Below are positions 28,920-38,825 of a stretch of DNA of 64,000 nucleotides, piece by piece; position 1 is the first letter of the stretch; every line of letters begins with the position of its first letter. Origin of the DNA: Promethearchaeota archaeon (GTDB lineage Archaea; Asgardarchaeota; Lokiarchaeia; Sigyniarchaeales; SOKP01); assembly GCA_019057865.1 (NCBI GenBank), contig JAHLWP010000009.1, forward strand, positions 32,001-96,000, in the 5' to 3' direction. A model generated the notes under the pieces. That model was given only the letters and a program-made list of their open reading frames with translations. It was not told the DNA's origin and did not search any database. The position numbers were made by a program, and so were the translations under genes.

Positions 28920-30185
28920 TTAGTTGGTTTTCTTTTTTACAAGTTTTTCTAAATAATTCTGAAAACTTTGAGTTAATTTTCCCCTATAATAAGTATTCTT
29001 TCCTGTTTCTTTTTGATATTTTTTAGCTATTTTTCGCTTCCATTCTTGAAAATTTTTTGTCTCCATTCCATTCCATACAGCATTCTTACCGGTTAATGAT
29101 TCAAATGCAAAAGATTCAGAAATGGCTCTTTCTTCTTTTTTAGGTATTGTATTGGAAGTCTTCTTCTTAATAGGGATTTTTTTTTTATTGGATTTAGTTT
29201 TCGGAAGATTTCTCAAGTATTGAGTAAAATTATTCGTAGGTTTTCCTTTATAATAGGCAGTTTTTCCAGTTTCTTTACGATACTTATTGGCAACTTTTAC
29301 TTTCCATTCTTGAAAATTCTTTGTTTCTACTCCATTCCATATAGCATTCTTACCAGTTAAAGTTTCAAATACTCCTACTTCAGAATTTTCTTTATCTTCT
29401 TTTTTAGGAATACTCTTTTTAGATTTTGGTTTAATAGGTGTTTTTTTCTTTTTATCAGTTTTACTTTCTAAAAGATTCTTTAAATATTGGGAAAAATATT
29501 TTGTAGGTTTTCCCTTATAATAAGTAATTTTTCCAGATTCTATTCGATATTTATTTATATTCTTAGCTTTCCAATTTTTAAAAGCTTTAGTTTCAGTTTC
29601 ATTCCAAAAAGCATTTTTATTAGTAAGTTTTTCAAATACAAATACCTCTACATCTTGAAGTATTTTTTCCTCTTTTAATTGCTTTAGGTTATTCTTTATT
29701 TTTCTCTGGTGAGATTTGATTTCTGGTTGTTTTTTATGATTTATAGTTCTTAAAAACTCTGAACAACTTAGTTTTTTTCCTGTACCATTTGTAAAAAAAG
29801 GATCCTCTAAAACATCCATATGAACAGAAAAATCGAAAATTTGGTGATCATTTAAGCTTGGCCCCATATATTTAGCTAAAACAACAATAGTACCATTATT
29901 TTGAGAAATATCAATAAGGTTATTAGAGGTTTGGGTGGATTGATATAAAGATAGATGATTGAAATCATTAATTCTGTCAATACTTTTAATATTTTCTCTA
30001 TTTTTAATTATTGAATTATAATTAGGCTGCTTTTTCCCATTAATTGAAACATCAAGAGCAGTTAATCTATATTCCATATTTTTTTTCAGTGTTTTTTGAA
30101 TCACAAACTTAATGAATTTCTTCACTTGATTCCATTTTGATGTTTCAACTAAACCTATAATTTCTCTTAAGCTTTCCTCAGACAT
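28920..30185 (-). CDS. Highly basic protein with three ~55-aa internal repeats
   Basis: Three FExLT[GN]KNAxWNxxETKxFxxWK...Y..E[ST]GK..YY.GK.T..F..YL units separated by Lys/Pro-rich linkers. Confidence 0.85.
   Translation of the reverse strand: MSEESLREIIGLVETSKWNQVKKFIKFVIQKTLKKNMEYRLTALDVSINGKKQPNYNSIIKNRENIKSIDRINDFNHLSLYQSTQTSNNLIDISQNNGTIVVLAKYMGPSLNDHQIFDFSVHMDVLEDPFFTNGTGKKLSCSEFLRTINHKKQPEIKSHQRKIKNNLKQLKEEKILQDVEVFVFEKLTNKNAFWNETETKAFKNWKAKNINKYRIESGKITYYKGKPTKYFSQYLKNLLESKTDKKKKTPIKPKSKKSIPKKEDKENSEVGVFETLTGKNAIWNGVETKNFQEWKVKVANKYRKETGKTAYYKGKPTNNFTQYLRNLPKTKSNKKKIPIKKKTSNTIPKKEERAISESFAFESLTGKNAVWNGMETKNFQEWKRKIAKKYQKETGKNTYYRGKLTQSFQNYLEKLVKKKTN
28945..29639 (-). repeat. Three intragenic repeats, period about 264-267 nt
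   Basis: Conserved Phe codons at 29634-29636, 29367-29369 and 29103-29105; copies 2 and 3 share ccattcttgaaaatt and ttccat.agcattcttacc. Confidence 0.85.
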
Positions 30186-30290
30186 TTAGAACACTTGATA
30201 TTAAAACGCCTAAAATACCTCAAGTTATGGAAAAAAAAAGAATATACACTTTTTCCCAAAATATAGATAAAAAAAGATCTTAATATATTT

Positions 30291-31115
30291 TTATTTTTGA
30301 GCAGAAAAATTTCCTTTTTCAAGATAAAATTTATTATATAATAAAATTATCAAAACTGCTGCTACTCCTGTTGAGAAAAGAACATCTGATGCAAAGTGAG
30401 CGCCAATTATAATAGTACTAATTCCTACTAATGAGCCCCACGTTATTGTAAGTATTGTAACGATAATTCTAATAGGATCTTTCCATTCTCGATCTTTTAT
30501 TAAGATTAAGAAAGGTAAAAATAACCAACCTTGAGCAGTATGACCACTTGGAAAACTAAAATTTCCAAAACTTGGTCCAGGAGGAATAAACCAAGGAGTA
30601 TAATCGGTATAACCAGCTGCTAAATAATTAAAACGAATTCTCCCACATAATAGTTTAGTAACTTGCACAAATAATAATGAATTGATGATGGAAAGTGCTA
30701 CAAATATTGTAGCAATTTTTTTATATTCTCTCCAGTCCTTTTTTAAAAATGCAATTAAAAGGATTAAATTAACGAAAGCCATTCCTGCACTCAAATTAAG
30801 TAACCATGGATTCCAAAGAATTAAAGAAATAATGAATATGATTAATCCAATAAAAATTAATACAACTGCCGGGATTTTTTGCTTTTTTACGTCTTCAATA
30901 TAACTTCCTATCAATAATGCTCCAGTAGCAAATGATAAGCCCCAACCTGGAGCTTCAAAAAAATATAAAAATTTAGCTAATAAGAAATCTCTGTCTACAA
31001 CTGCTTTAGATATTTCTAAATCTGTAAATCCGAAGATAATTGCTAAAACAATCCAGGAAAGTATTATTATCAATAATAATTTTGCTAAAAATGTTTCTTT
31101 TAATTTTTCTAACAT
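30291..31115 (-). CDS. PAP2-family membrane phosphatase
   Basis: KLLCGRIR, SFPSGH, GAHFASDV motifs. Confidence 0.9.
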   Translation of the reverse strand: MLEKLKETFLAKLLLIIILSWIVLAIIFGFTDLEISKAVVDRDFLLAKFLYFFEAPGWGLSFATGALLIGSYIEDVKKQKIPAVVLIFIGLIIFIISLILWNPWLLNLSAGMAFVNLILLIAFLKKDWREYKKIATIFVALSIINSLLFVQVTKLLCGRIRFNYLAAGYTDYTPWFIPPGPSFGNFSFPSGHTAQGWLFLPFLILIKDREWKDPIRIIVTILTITWGSLVGISTIIIGAHFASDVLFSTGVAAVLIILLYNKFYLEKGNFSAQK

Positions 31116-31187
31116 AACTCTTTCTCGTTTTCCCTTTAATAAAAGTTTATTTATTATCTCATGTATAAAGTATTTTTATTTCTATTT

Positions 31188-31532
31188 TTAAAGTATTTGA
31201 ACGCATTTCAAAGGAACCCATCCATGTTTCCCTTCTTTATTAGTAGCCCATACCCATTCACTTTCTATTTTTTCAATTTCTAATTTTTCACCTACTTTTA
31301 CTGTAAGTTCTGTAGCTTCATAATCTTGTAAAACTTTAGAAGAATCTTCATAAATTTCGAGATAATTTTCTGGTATCCAACGCCCTTTTCCCAATTCATT
31401 TATGCACCATACCCAACCACTCCACTTACTCTCTTTCTTTTCAAATCTTAAAATCTCTCCTTTAGTAAATCTTATTGGATCCGGGTAAGCTGCTTTATAT
31501 TCTTTAATGACTCGGCAATACTGTTTCTTCAT
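31188..31532 (-). CDS. Tandem SH3-domain protein
   Basis: GWVWC...GWIPENYL-like and DYEATELTV..GE...EWVW...GWVP SH3 signatures. Confidence 0.85.
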   Translation of the reverse strand: MKKQYCRVIKEYKAAYPDPIRFTKGEILRFEKKESKWSGWVWCINELGKGRWIPENYLEIYEDSSKVLQDYEATELTVKVGEKLEIEKIESEWVWATNKEGKHGWVPLKCVQIL

Positions 31533-31580
31533 AATTATTTTATATCATTAAATGATTTATATTTTAGAGAAAAAGTTAAA

Positions 31581-32222
31581 GTGATAAAAACTATGGTTGT
31601 ATGTCGTTTTTTAGGGAATGCCTGCATAGAATTAATTAGCGAAAAAGATCATATAATTATTGATCCTGTGTTTTTGGCATATCCAAAAAAAGGAATTGAA
31701 TCAATATTTTTAACACATCATCATCCAGATCACACTAATCTTGAAAAAATTAATGAAATTAAGAAAGGGTTTTCAAAAGAAGGTAAGGAACTCGAGATTT
31801 TTGGTCCAGAATGTATTCATGAAGAATTCAATCTCGATTTTACTCTAATTTTACCAGGCTCAAAAGTTGATCTTAACAATGGCTATATAGAAGTCTTTGA
31901 AAATAATTGTTGGAAAGCTGAAGGATGTGTAGCTTATTTAATAGAAATAGATGGTAAAAAAATACTCCATACAGCAGACTCAGCAGATTATTCAGAACAA
32001 TTGAAAGCTATTAAGGATGAAATTAACTGTTGTTTTGTTGCATGTTTTGAAGATAATTTTAATGATTATTTAGGATTTATAAGGAACCTTAACCCAAACA
32101 TAGCAATTCCTTATCATTTCACAGCAGAAAAAGAGGACAACGCTAAAAACTTGGCAGAATTTTTAAAAGAAAATAATATTAATTCAAAATTCTTGGTAAT
32201 TGGCGAAGAATTTGAATTATAA
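31581..32222 (+). CDS. Metallo-beta-lactamase-fold protein (UlaG-like)
   Basis: IIIDP, THHHPDH, HTAD, IPYH; ATG at 31593 is a likely start. Confidence 0.85.
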   Translation: MIKTMVVCRFLGNACIELISEKDHIIIDPVFLAYPKKGIESIFLTHHHPDHTNLEKINEIKKGFSKEGKELEIFGPECIHEEFNLDFTLILPGSKVDLNNGYIEVFENNCWKAEGCVAYLIEIDGKKILHTADSADYSEQLKAIKDEINCCFVACFEDNFNDYLGFIRNLNPNIAIPYHFTAEKEDNAKNLAEFLKENNINSKFLVIGEEFEL

Positions 32223-32257
32223 TGTTAAATTTTCTATAACTCTGATATAATAAAAAT

Positions 32258-33478
32258 TTAGAGATAATCACTTTTCACACGAGTAAATAGAGTGAAAAGT
32301 ATAATTAAACTTCCTATAATTATAAAAATTGCAAAGATATTCCACATTACAATAATTCCTATAATAGGAAATAAAATTGCTCTTAAAAGGCTTCTAAACA
32401 TATTAACTGTACTTAGAACTGTTGCTCTATTTTCTGATTCAACTTGTTTATTAATTCCATTCATATATAGTAAAAATCTAGGATAACCAGTTGCAACTAT
32501 AGTAAAAATTAATATAATACCTAAAATCGGATTAAAAGTTAAGCCTAATAATATATATGCGATTCCGCATATTATATCTACGGTGATTAAGACATTTATT
32601 TTCTTTTTAGCTTTCTTTAACATCATTGGCAAAATATTCATGAATATAATATTAACTATACTTATCGCAGATGCTATGAATCCAAAGAGGATTATAGGGA
32701 CGTTCAATTCCTCAAGATATACTTGATAAAGCCAAAACAAAAGAAAAATCAAAATACCTATAGTAAGCTTATCAAAACAAAGAATCCTTAAAATTTTATT
32801 TTTCTTTAACTCTTTAAATCCCTCTTTTATTAATGGCCAGTATCGTTCTGGCTTATATCCATTATTATTATTAAGTTTAGGTTCTTTAAATGATAAGGAG
32901 ACAATAAAAGCGAATGCATACATAATTGCTAAAAAAGTCATTGTAAACTGTAATGAAATAAATTCTGCAATAACAGAACCCATTGGAGCAGAAATTATTC
33001 CAGCAATTAAAAACATGGTTCTATTTCTTGCCATATATTTTGTAAGTTCTTTTTCTTTACCTTGAGTTTTCAATGTAGAGTACATGAATGCTTCGTCTGT
33101 TCCTGACATTAAAGCTATTCCAAAAGCCCAAAATGTTTCTGCTAATGCAAATAGAAAGAAATTTGGTACAATACTATAAAACAATGCTGCAAAAACTAAA
33201 GATAACGCTGATAAAGATAATGCTTTATTTCTTCCTAGGAAGTCTGCAATAGCACCCGAAGGAATTTCTAATAAAAAGATTACCAACATAAAATAACTTT
33301 GTAATATCATTAATTGAAAAAACGTGAGTTGACCCCATATAGTAAAATATGGAATCATAACTCCGCGAACAGTATGAATTCCTAAAATGAAATAAAATAA
33401 AAATGACTTAGGAATATTAGATTTATATTTCTTACTAGGATATTCGTGCTCTATCTTTATTTCACGAGTTTTATCCAA
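32258..33478 (-). CDS. MFS transporter
   Basis: EIPSGAIADFLGR motif A, SGTDEA, RATVLS; about 12 TM segments. Confidence 0.92.
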   Translation of the reverse strand: MDKTREIKIEHEYPSKKYKSNIPKSFLFYFILGIHTVRGVMIPYFTIWGQLTFFQLMILQSYFMLVIFLLEIPSGAIADFLGRNKALSLSALSLVFAALFYSIVPNFFLFALAETFWAFGIALMSGTDEAFMYSTLKTQGKEKELTKYMARNRTMFLIAGIISAPMGSVIAEFISLQFTMTFLAIMYAFAFIVSLSFKEPKLNNNNGYKPERYWPLIKEGFKELKKNKILRILCFDKLTIGILIFLLFWLYQVYLEELNVPIILFGFIASAISIVNIIFMNILPMMLKKAKKKINVLITVDIICGIAYILLGLTFNPILGIILIFTIVATGYPRFLLYMNGINKQVESENRATVLSTVNMFRSLLRAILFPIIGIIVMWNIFAIFIIIGSLIILFTLFTRVKSDYL

Positions 33479-33552
33479 AATTTCCTCATTTTCTAGATAT
33501 TCTGCCGAAGAAATCTTATATTCTTCTTTAATTTTAATTACACATTTTTGTT

Positions 33553-33628
33553 AATGGCAAAAATCTTTTAAGTTACTTGCCATTTTTTATATTAGTAATG
33601 GCAACCAATATTTAAGTTTTTTGCCATT
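33553..33628. promoter_or_regulatory. Two AATGGCAA-N16-TTGCCATT operators in divergent MFS/regulator promoter
   Basis: Copies at 33553-33584 and 33597-33628; each spacer contains TTTAAGTT. Confidence 0.75.
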
Positions 33629-33663
33629 TATTTTTATTAACATATAAAAATACATAGGAAATT

Positions 33664-34785
33664 ATGACTGAACTAGATGAAGATGACTTAGCAATTATGC
33701 GAGCAATTGAAGGCTATGGACCTAAGATTTCTAGTGAAGAATTAAGCCTTATTCTTGATAAGAACGGTATTATAATGCCTTCAAGAACTATAAGATATCG
33801 TATTCAAAAACTGAAAGAAAAAGGATATCTTAAACCTATACGATTAAAAACTCATGAGCGTAAACTTGGTCTTGGAGAGAATTTAATTTTAGTGAGCGTA
33901 AATCAAAAAATGGAAGCTAGGCTACTAAACATTTTCGAGAAAATACCTTATATATATTATTACAAATCTACTTATGGAAAATATAATGGATATTTTATAC
34001 GGTCTATTTTTTCATTAGATAAGCCAAATATAAATTTTGAATTAATAGACGCAATGAAAAAGAGGGGGTATATTTATGACTATTATATCTTTGAATTGGT
34101 AGATTATAGAATCAAAAATAAAGATCTAACATATTTTAGTCATGAGCAAGGGTGGATATATAATTGGGAAGATTGGTATAATAACATTAACACGACAATG
34201 CAAAAAAAAGAAGTAAAATTAAAAATTAATATTGAACCGGATGTAAATATGGTAGATTTTGATTATAAAGATGTTCTTTTATTGAAACATATGTGGGAAG
34301 ATGCTTCGATTACATTAAAGAGACTTAAAAAAATTCTCGAATTATCAGACGTACAATTATCAGAAGTACAAATAAGTAAGAGAATCCAAAAATTAGAAGA
34401 AAAGGATATAATAAAAGGGTATTATTTAGATTATTCATTATTAAAAAGTGAAGAATTTATCTATTTTTATTGTTTTCTTGAGATTAGGGAATCCATTAAT
34501 AACGTTTTATCTTGTTTTTTTAAGCTCCCTTATCAGTTTGTTATAAATATTGAGTCTACTAATAAATTATGTCTTAGTATGGGATTAAGTGCTAATGCTT
34601 TTCAAAAATTTTTAAGAGGATTTGATTTGTTAAGACCATATATTCATTCCTACTTTTTCCAATTCACATATACAGGAAAAAGAAGTTCAGCTCAATCTTT
34701 ATTTGATCTTTTTAATCGAACAAATAGTTCTTGGGAAACACCCATAAAAAATTATATTTCCATTATAGAAAAAGAGATGGAGTAG
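33664..34785 (+). CDS. Duplicated Lrp/AsnC-type winged-helix transcription regulator
   Basis: Two HTH regions (RTIRYRIQKLKEKGYL; QISKRIQKLEEKDII), each followed by a RAM-like domain. Confidence 0.82.
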   Translation: MTELDEDDLAIMRAIEGYGPKISSEELSLILDKNGIIMPSRTIRYRIQKLKEKGYLKPIRLKTHERKLGLGENLILVSVNQKMEARLLNIFEKIPYIYYYKSTYGKYNGYFIRSIFSLDKPNINFELIDAMKKRGYIYDYYIFELVDYRIKNKDLTYFSHEQGWIYNWEDWYNNINTTMQKKEVKLKINIEPDVNMVDFDYKDVLLLKHMWEDASITLKRLKKILELSDVQLSEVQISKRIQKLEEKDIIKGYYLDYSLLKSEEFIYFYCFLEIRESINNVLSCFFKLPYQFVINIESTNKLCLSMGLSANAFQKFLRGFDLLRPYIHSYFFQFTYTGKRSSAQSLFDLFNRTNSSWETPIKNYISIIEKEME

Positions 34786-34808
34786 TAGTTTTAATTAAAT
34801 TACTACTA
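34781..34808. terminator. Inverted repeat between convergent genes
   Basis: AGTAGTAGT...TACTACTA hairpin at the regulator stop, facing the AOR 3' end. Confidence 0.4.
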
Positions 34809-34834
34809 AAAATTAAAAAAATTTTATAATTAGA

Positions 34835-36700
34835 TTATGGGAGCATCTTGGATGCCCATTCAATATCTAATTCTTCTAGTTTTGATTTTGTAGGTATTCC
34901 GTTATCATCCCAGCCCATCATCTTATAATAGATAGATCTAGCATTCTCAAATTTATCTATATTAATCGCGGTGTTAGATAAAGCACCTGATGTGGTGGGT
35001 TGAAAAAATCTTTCAGGAAGCCAATCGTCATCTTTAGTTAAACCTTCTCTAATATTAAATACTCTTGCCATATTAGTAATGCGTTCTCCTAATTTCATTA
35101 GTTCCCAAGTACTTGTATTCCAGCCTGTAACCGCATTCAGAAAATCTTTTTCAGTTTCAGGCGAAAAAGCGTTGAAAAAGCACATTATAAGAGAATTTTC
35201 TACAACTTGCCAGTTCGTAACATAAATTAAAGCTCTAACTTTCTTAGGTCCTAAATCATCAAGTGGTAATGGTTCTAAAATTCCTAAAGGAGCAAAACCT
35301 AAAACTCTTTCCTTAGTAGTTATATATGTATCGTGGAGATTAGCCATATGTTCTGCTCCTGTAGGTGAAACAGCATAACCAAGCCCTAAACCTTGCTTTA
35401 ATCTTGGTTCATGCATGGGAACTTCTTGACCTTTTATATGAATCGCATACTTATCAGCTCCATTACTTATTTTTACTGCAGCTCTCTTAACTCCTTCACC
35501 TAATATTTTTCCTAACCCTTCTCGCTTACCAATCATCTCTAGCATTTGCAACATAGCTTCAGCATTACCAAAATTTAATTTAATACCATTAGTCTCTGAT
35601 TCGGTTAAAATACCTTTTTCATAACATTCCATTGCAAAACCTATAGAAACACCTGTAGAGATTGTATCTAAAGAGTATTTATTACAGATTTCACCAGCCT
35701 TACAAATGGCATTGATGTCATCTATTCCACAGTTTGATCCAAATGCTGCAATTGTTTCATACTCAGGTCCACCATATATAGGATCTACATTCCAAGGCTT
35801 GTCAATTTTCACAACTTTTTTACATCGGATCGAACATGCATAACAAGAATCTTTGCCTAGCCCTATAGTATCATGAATAGTTTTAGGATCAATTGCTAAA
35901 GCCTTTGAAAATTCACCATCCCTAAAGTTTCTTGTTGGGAGATTCCCTGTTGTAGAAAAATATTCCATTATTTCCCCTCCTGTACCAAAAGTAAAAACTG
36001 ATGCCAAGTTTTTCATATTAGTAGCGTTCGCTTTTAATATTTCTCGAATCTTTTCCTTATTCACAATTTTTGGTTTATTATGGCCCCTAATAGCGATAGC
36101 TTTAAGATTTTTTGATCCCATAACAGCCCCCATACCAGTTCTTCCTGCAGCATTTCTTAGATCATTGATTATACAAGCATATCTAACCAAGTTTTCGCCT
36201 CCAGGACCAATTTTAGCCACTCGAATAAAGTCATCATTTAGTTCTTGTTTTATGATATTTTGAGTATCTCCTGTATTTTTACCCCAGATATGATTTGCAT
36301 CTTTAATTTCAATTTCAGTATCATGAATCCATAAATATACAGGATTTTTAGCTTTGCCTTCTATAATAATAGCGTCAAAACCAGCATGTTTTAATTCAGC
36401 ACCCCAATAACCTCCAACATCTGCTTCTCCAAATCCCCCTGTCAAGGGAGATTTTGCTCCAACACAATTTCTACCACTACCAGGAATAGGACATCCAGTT
36501 AGGGGGCCTGTTGCCAAGATTAATTTATTTTCTTGACTAAATGGATCTATACCCATTTTGATTTCTTTTAGAAGGAAATATGCAACAAATCCTTCCCCCC
36601 CTAGATATCTTCTATAAAATATATCATCTGGATTTTCAATAGATACATCTTCTTTAGATAAATTCACCTTAAGAATATTCCCAGTATAACCAAACTCCAT
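34835..36700 (-). CDS. aor: Tungsten-type aldehyde:ferredoxin oxidoreductase
   Basis: KSPLTGG, AAGRTGMGAVMGSKNLKAI, CYACSIRC, GPEYET, DTIS, LPERF. Confidence 0.95.
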   Translation of the reverse strand: MEFGYTGNILKVNLSKEDVSIENPDDIFYRRYLGGEGFVAYFLLKEIKMGIDPFSQENKLILATGPLTGCPIPGSGRNCVGAKSPLTGGFGEADVGGYWGAELKHAGFDAIIIEGKAKNPVYLWIHDTEIEIKDANHIWGKNTGDTQNIIKQELNDDFIRVAKIGPGGENLVRYACIINDLRNAAGRTGMGAVMGSKNLKAIAIRGHNKPKIVNKEKIREILKANATNMKNLASVFTFGTGGEIMEYFSTTGNLPTRNFRDGEFSKALAIDPKTIHDTIGLGKDSCYACSIRCKKVVKIDKPWNVDPIYGGPEYETIAAFGSNCGIDDINAICKAGEICNKYSLDTISTGVSIGFAMECYEKGILTESETNGIKLNFGNAEAMLQMLEMIGKREGLGKILGEGVKRAAVKISNGADKYAIHIKGQEVPMHEPRLKQGLGLGYAVSPTGAEHMANLHDTYITTKERVLGFAPLGILEPLPLDDLGPKKVRALIYVTNWQVVENSLIMCFFNAFSPETEKDFLNAVTGWNTSTWELMKLGERITNMARVFNIREGLTKDDDWLPERFFQPTTSGALSNTAINIDKFENARSIYYKMMGWDDNGIPTKSKLEELDIEWASKMLP

Positions 36701-36772
36701 ATCTATCCCTTATATAATATTTATTATGGCAATATTAACAAATATTTAAAGTTACTTTTGAAAGAAAAGAAT

Positions 36773-37240
36773 TTATTTAATTTCAAGAAATAATTTATGC
36801 ATATAATCCTTAAAACCATGCTTTAAATAAAATGAATACGCTTCTTGATTCTCTTTTACTACATTCAACTCAACTCGTAATAATCCTCGAGAATTAAACC
36901 AGTCAAAAGCTCTTTCCAATAATATACTTCCTATTCCCATTCTCCTATAAGAGGAAGTGACCATTATAACATCAATTGAGCCATACTTTTCCTGTAAATA
37001 TATAGGAGGATAATAACATAATTTTGCTACAATAAAACCTATTAATTTCTTATCTTCTAACGCTCCAAAGATTGTTGTATCTCCTGATTTCATTAACTCT
37101 TTTATATATGATTCATAATTTAGATGCGCATCCTCTCTTCTAATAAAGAATGGATCCAAATTTGCTTGAAAATCAGAAAGTTCCTTCCATAGTTCTAGAA
37201 TTTCAGGGATATATGATTCATCTATTTCGATTATATTAAT
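36773..37240 (-). CDS. GNAT acetyltransferase; probable ATT start at 37240 (first canonical start TTG 37159)
   Basis: YRRMGIGSILL, N.EA..FY.K.GF; frame stays open 27 codons upstream (NIIEIDESYIPEILELWKEL) to a TAA, with GAGTTGA SD. Confidence 0.85.
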   Translation of the reverse strand: MNIIEIDESYIPEILELWKELSDFQANLDPFFIRREDAHLNYESYIKELMKSGDTTIFGALEDKKLIGFIVAKLCYYPPIYLQEKYGSIDVIMVTSSYRRMGIGSILLERAFDWFNSRGLLRVELNVVKENQEAYSFYLKHGFKDYMHKLFLEIK

Positions 37241-37356
37241 TTAAATCAACTCTGATTTTAAGGTTAATAATGATATTTTATATAATTGTTGCATTAATTT
37301 TTAATTAATTATCAATTCTCTTGAAAGGTTTTAAATCTACTTAATAATTTCCTTAA

Positions 37357-37914
37357 ATGAGGCCATACATGGCAGATTTAAACGATCTCACAGTGTATTA
37401 CTTAGAAAAATTAGCAAAAGAATGTAATATTTCATTAAAGAAAAGTAGCACTAAAACAGAAAAGATAAAAAAGATAAAAAAAGCTAATATTTCGAAAGAA
37501 CACCTTGAAAAACTTGTAATTAAATTCTTAGTTGAAAAGGAAGAATCAAAGAAAATAAATAGAAGTTCCAAAAGAGAATTAGAAACACGTATTACCAAAC
37601 TTGAAGAACAAGTTAAATTATTAGCATCTACATTAAGTGAACTTAAACAAAGTAGAAAAAAGGGAGGAACACGTGAATTAATAGAAAAAGTGAGTAATTT
37701 AGATGACGTAAAAAGAGTAATAATTTCAATGATGGTGCCTGGAGAAGCTTTAACTATAGATGCACTTATTGGCATTAAAGAAATACAACAATATCCATTA
37801 AGCATGATAACTCAAGCTATCATTGAATTAATCAAAGAAGAAACTTTAGTTGGTGCTGAGGGTAATTCTATTCAAAAAATAGGTGGAAAAATTGGAATAT
37901 TAATTCGTAAATAA
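37357..37914 (+). CDS. Putative DNA-binding protein: HeH/Rho-N-like domain, coiled coil, winged-helix-like C-terminus
   Basis: LNDLTVYYLEKLAKECNI...TKTEKIKKI; LETRITKLEEQVKLL heptads. Confidence 0.6.
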   Translation: MRPYMADLNDLTVYYLEKLAKECNISLKKSSTKTEKIKKIKKANISKEHLEKLVIKFLVEKEESKKINRSSKRELETRITKLEEQVKLLASTLSELKQSRKKGGTRELIEKVSNLDDVKRVIISMMVPGEALTIDALIGIKEIQQYPLSMITQAIIELIKEETLVGAEGNSIQKIGGKIGILIRK

Positions 37915-38018
37915 GATCTTCTTAGACCTTATAGTAGATTTCAATGCAATTTTTGCATCTTATTTTATATAAGCTAAATATATTTCTATGTTAGTTATTG
38001 TAATTTAAATGGTAAAAA

Positions 38019-38825
38019 ATGAATTTAACTGAAGAGCAAATTAAGAGATATTCTCGTCAAATCGTCCTAAAAGAAGTTGGGGGTATAGGTCAAAGGAAAT
38101 TATTAAAGTCAAAAATCTCTTTAGTTGGTCTAGGAGCTCTTGGATCCCCAGTTGCATATTATTTAGCTGCTGCGGGAATTGGCAATCTAAAGATTATTGA
38201 CTATGATACGGTTGAACTATCTAATCTCCATAGACAGATTCTTCACTTTTCAAAGGATCTTAATAGAAAAAAAACTGAGAGCGCCATTGAAAAATTAAAT
38301 TTGTTAAATCCTGATTGCAAGGTTGAAATCATTAATGAAAGAATCACAGCCGATAATGCTAAGGAAATTCTTAAAGGCTCAGATTTTGTAATAGAAGGTT
38401 CTGATAATTTTGCAACTAAAATACTAGTTAATGATACATGTATGTATTTAAAGATACCATTTACAATAGCGGGAGTTTTACGATTTCATGGTCAAATAAT
38501 GACTGTCGTTCCAAAAGAAAAAACTGCGTGTTATAGATGCGTTTTTGGGGATATCTTTGATGGTCCCACTGGAATGTCTTGTTCTGAAGCTGGTGTAATA
38601 GGATTTGTTCCGGGAATATTAGGCTGTTTAGAGGCAAATGATGCATTAAAATATATTTTAGGTATTGGAGAATTAATAACAAATAAAATTTTATATGTTG
38701 ACCTTTTAAGAAACGCCTTTAATTTTATAGATATTCATAGAGATAAGAAATGTATTGCTTGTGGAGAAAAAGCTAAAGATCTAATTGAAATTATGCAATA
38801 TGGGGGCGATAATGTGTGTCAATAA
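38019..38825 (+). CDS. moeB: MoeB/ThiF/UbaA E1-like adenylyltransferase
   Basis: RYSRQI, GLGALGS, D.VELSNLHRQ, CYRC, SCSEAGV, CIAC. Confidence 0.95.
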   Translation: MNLTEEQIKRYSRQIVLKEVGGIGQRKLLKSKISLVGLGALGSPVAYYLAAAGIGNLKIIDYDTVELSNLHRQILHFSKDLNRKKTESAIEKLNLLNPDCKVEIINERITADNAKEILKGSDFVIEGSDNFATKILVNDTCMYLKIPFTIAGVLRFHGQIMTVVPKEKTACYRCVFGDIFDGPTGMSCSEAGVIGFVPGILGCLEANDALKYILGIGELITNKILYVDLLRNAFNFIDIHRDKKCIACGEKAKDLIEIMQYGGDNVCQ

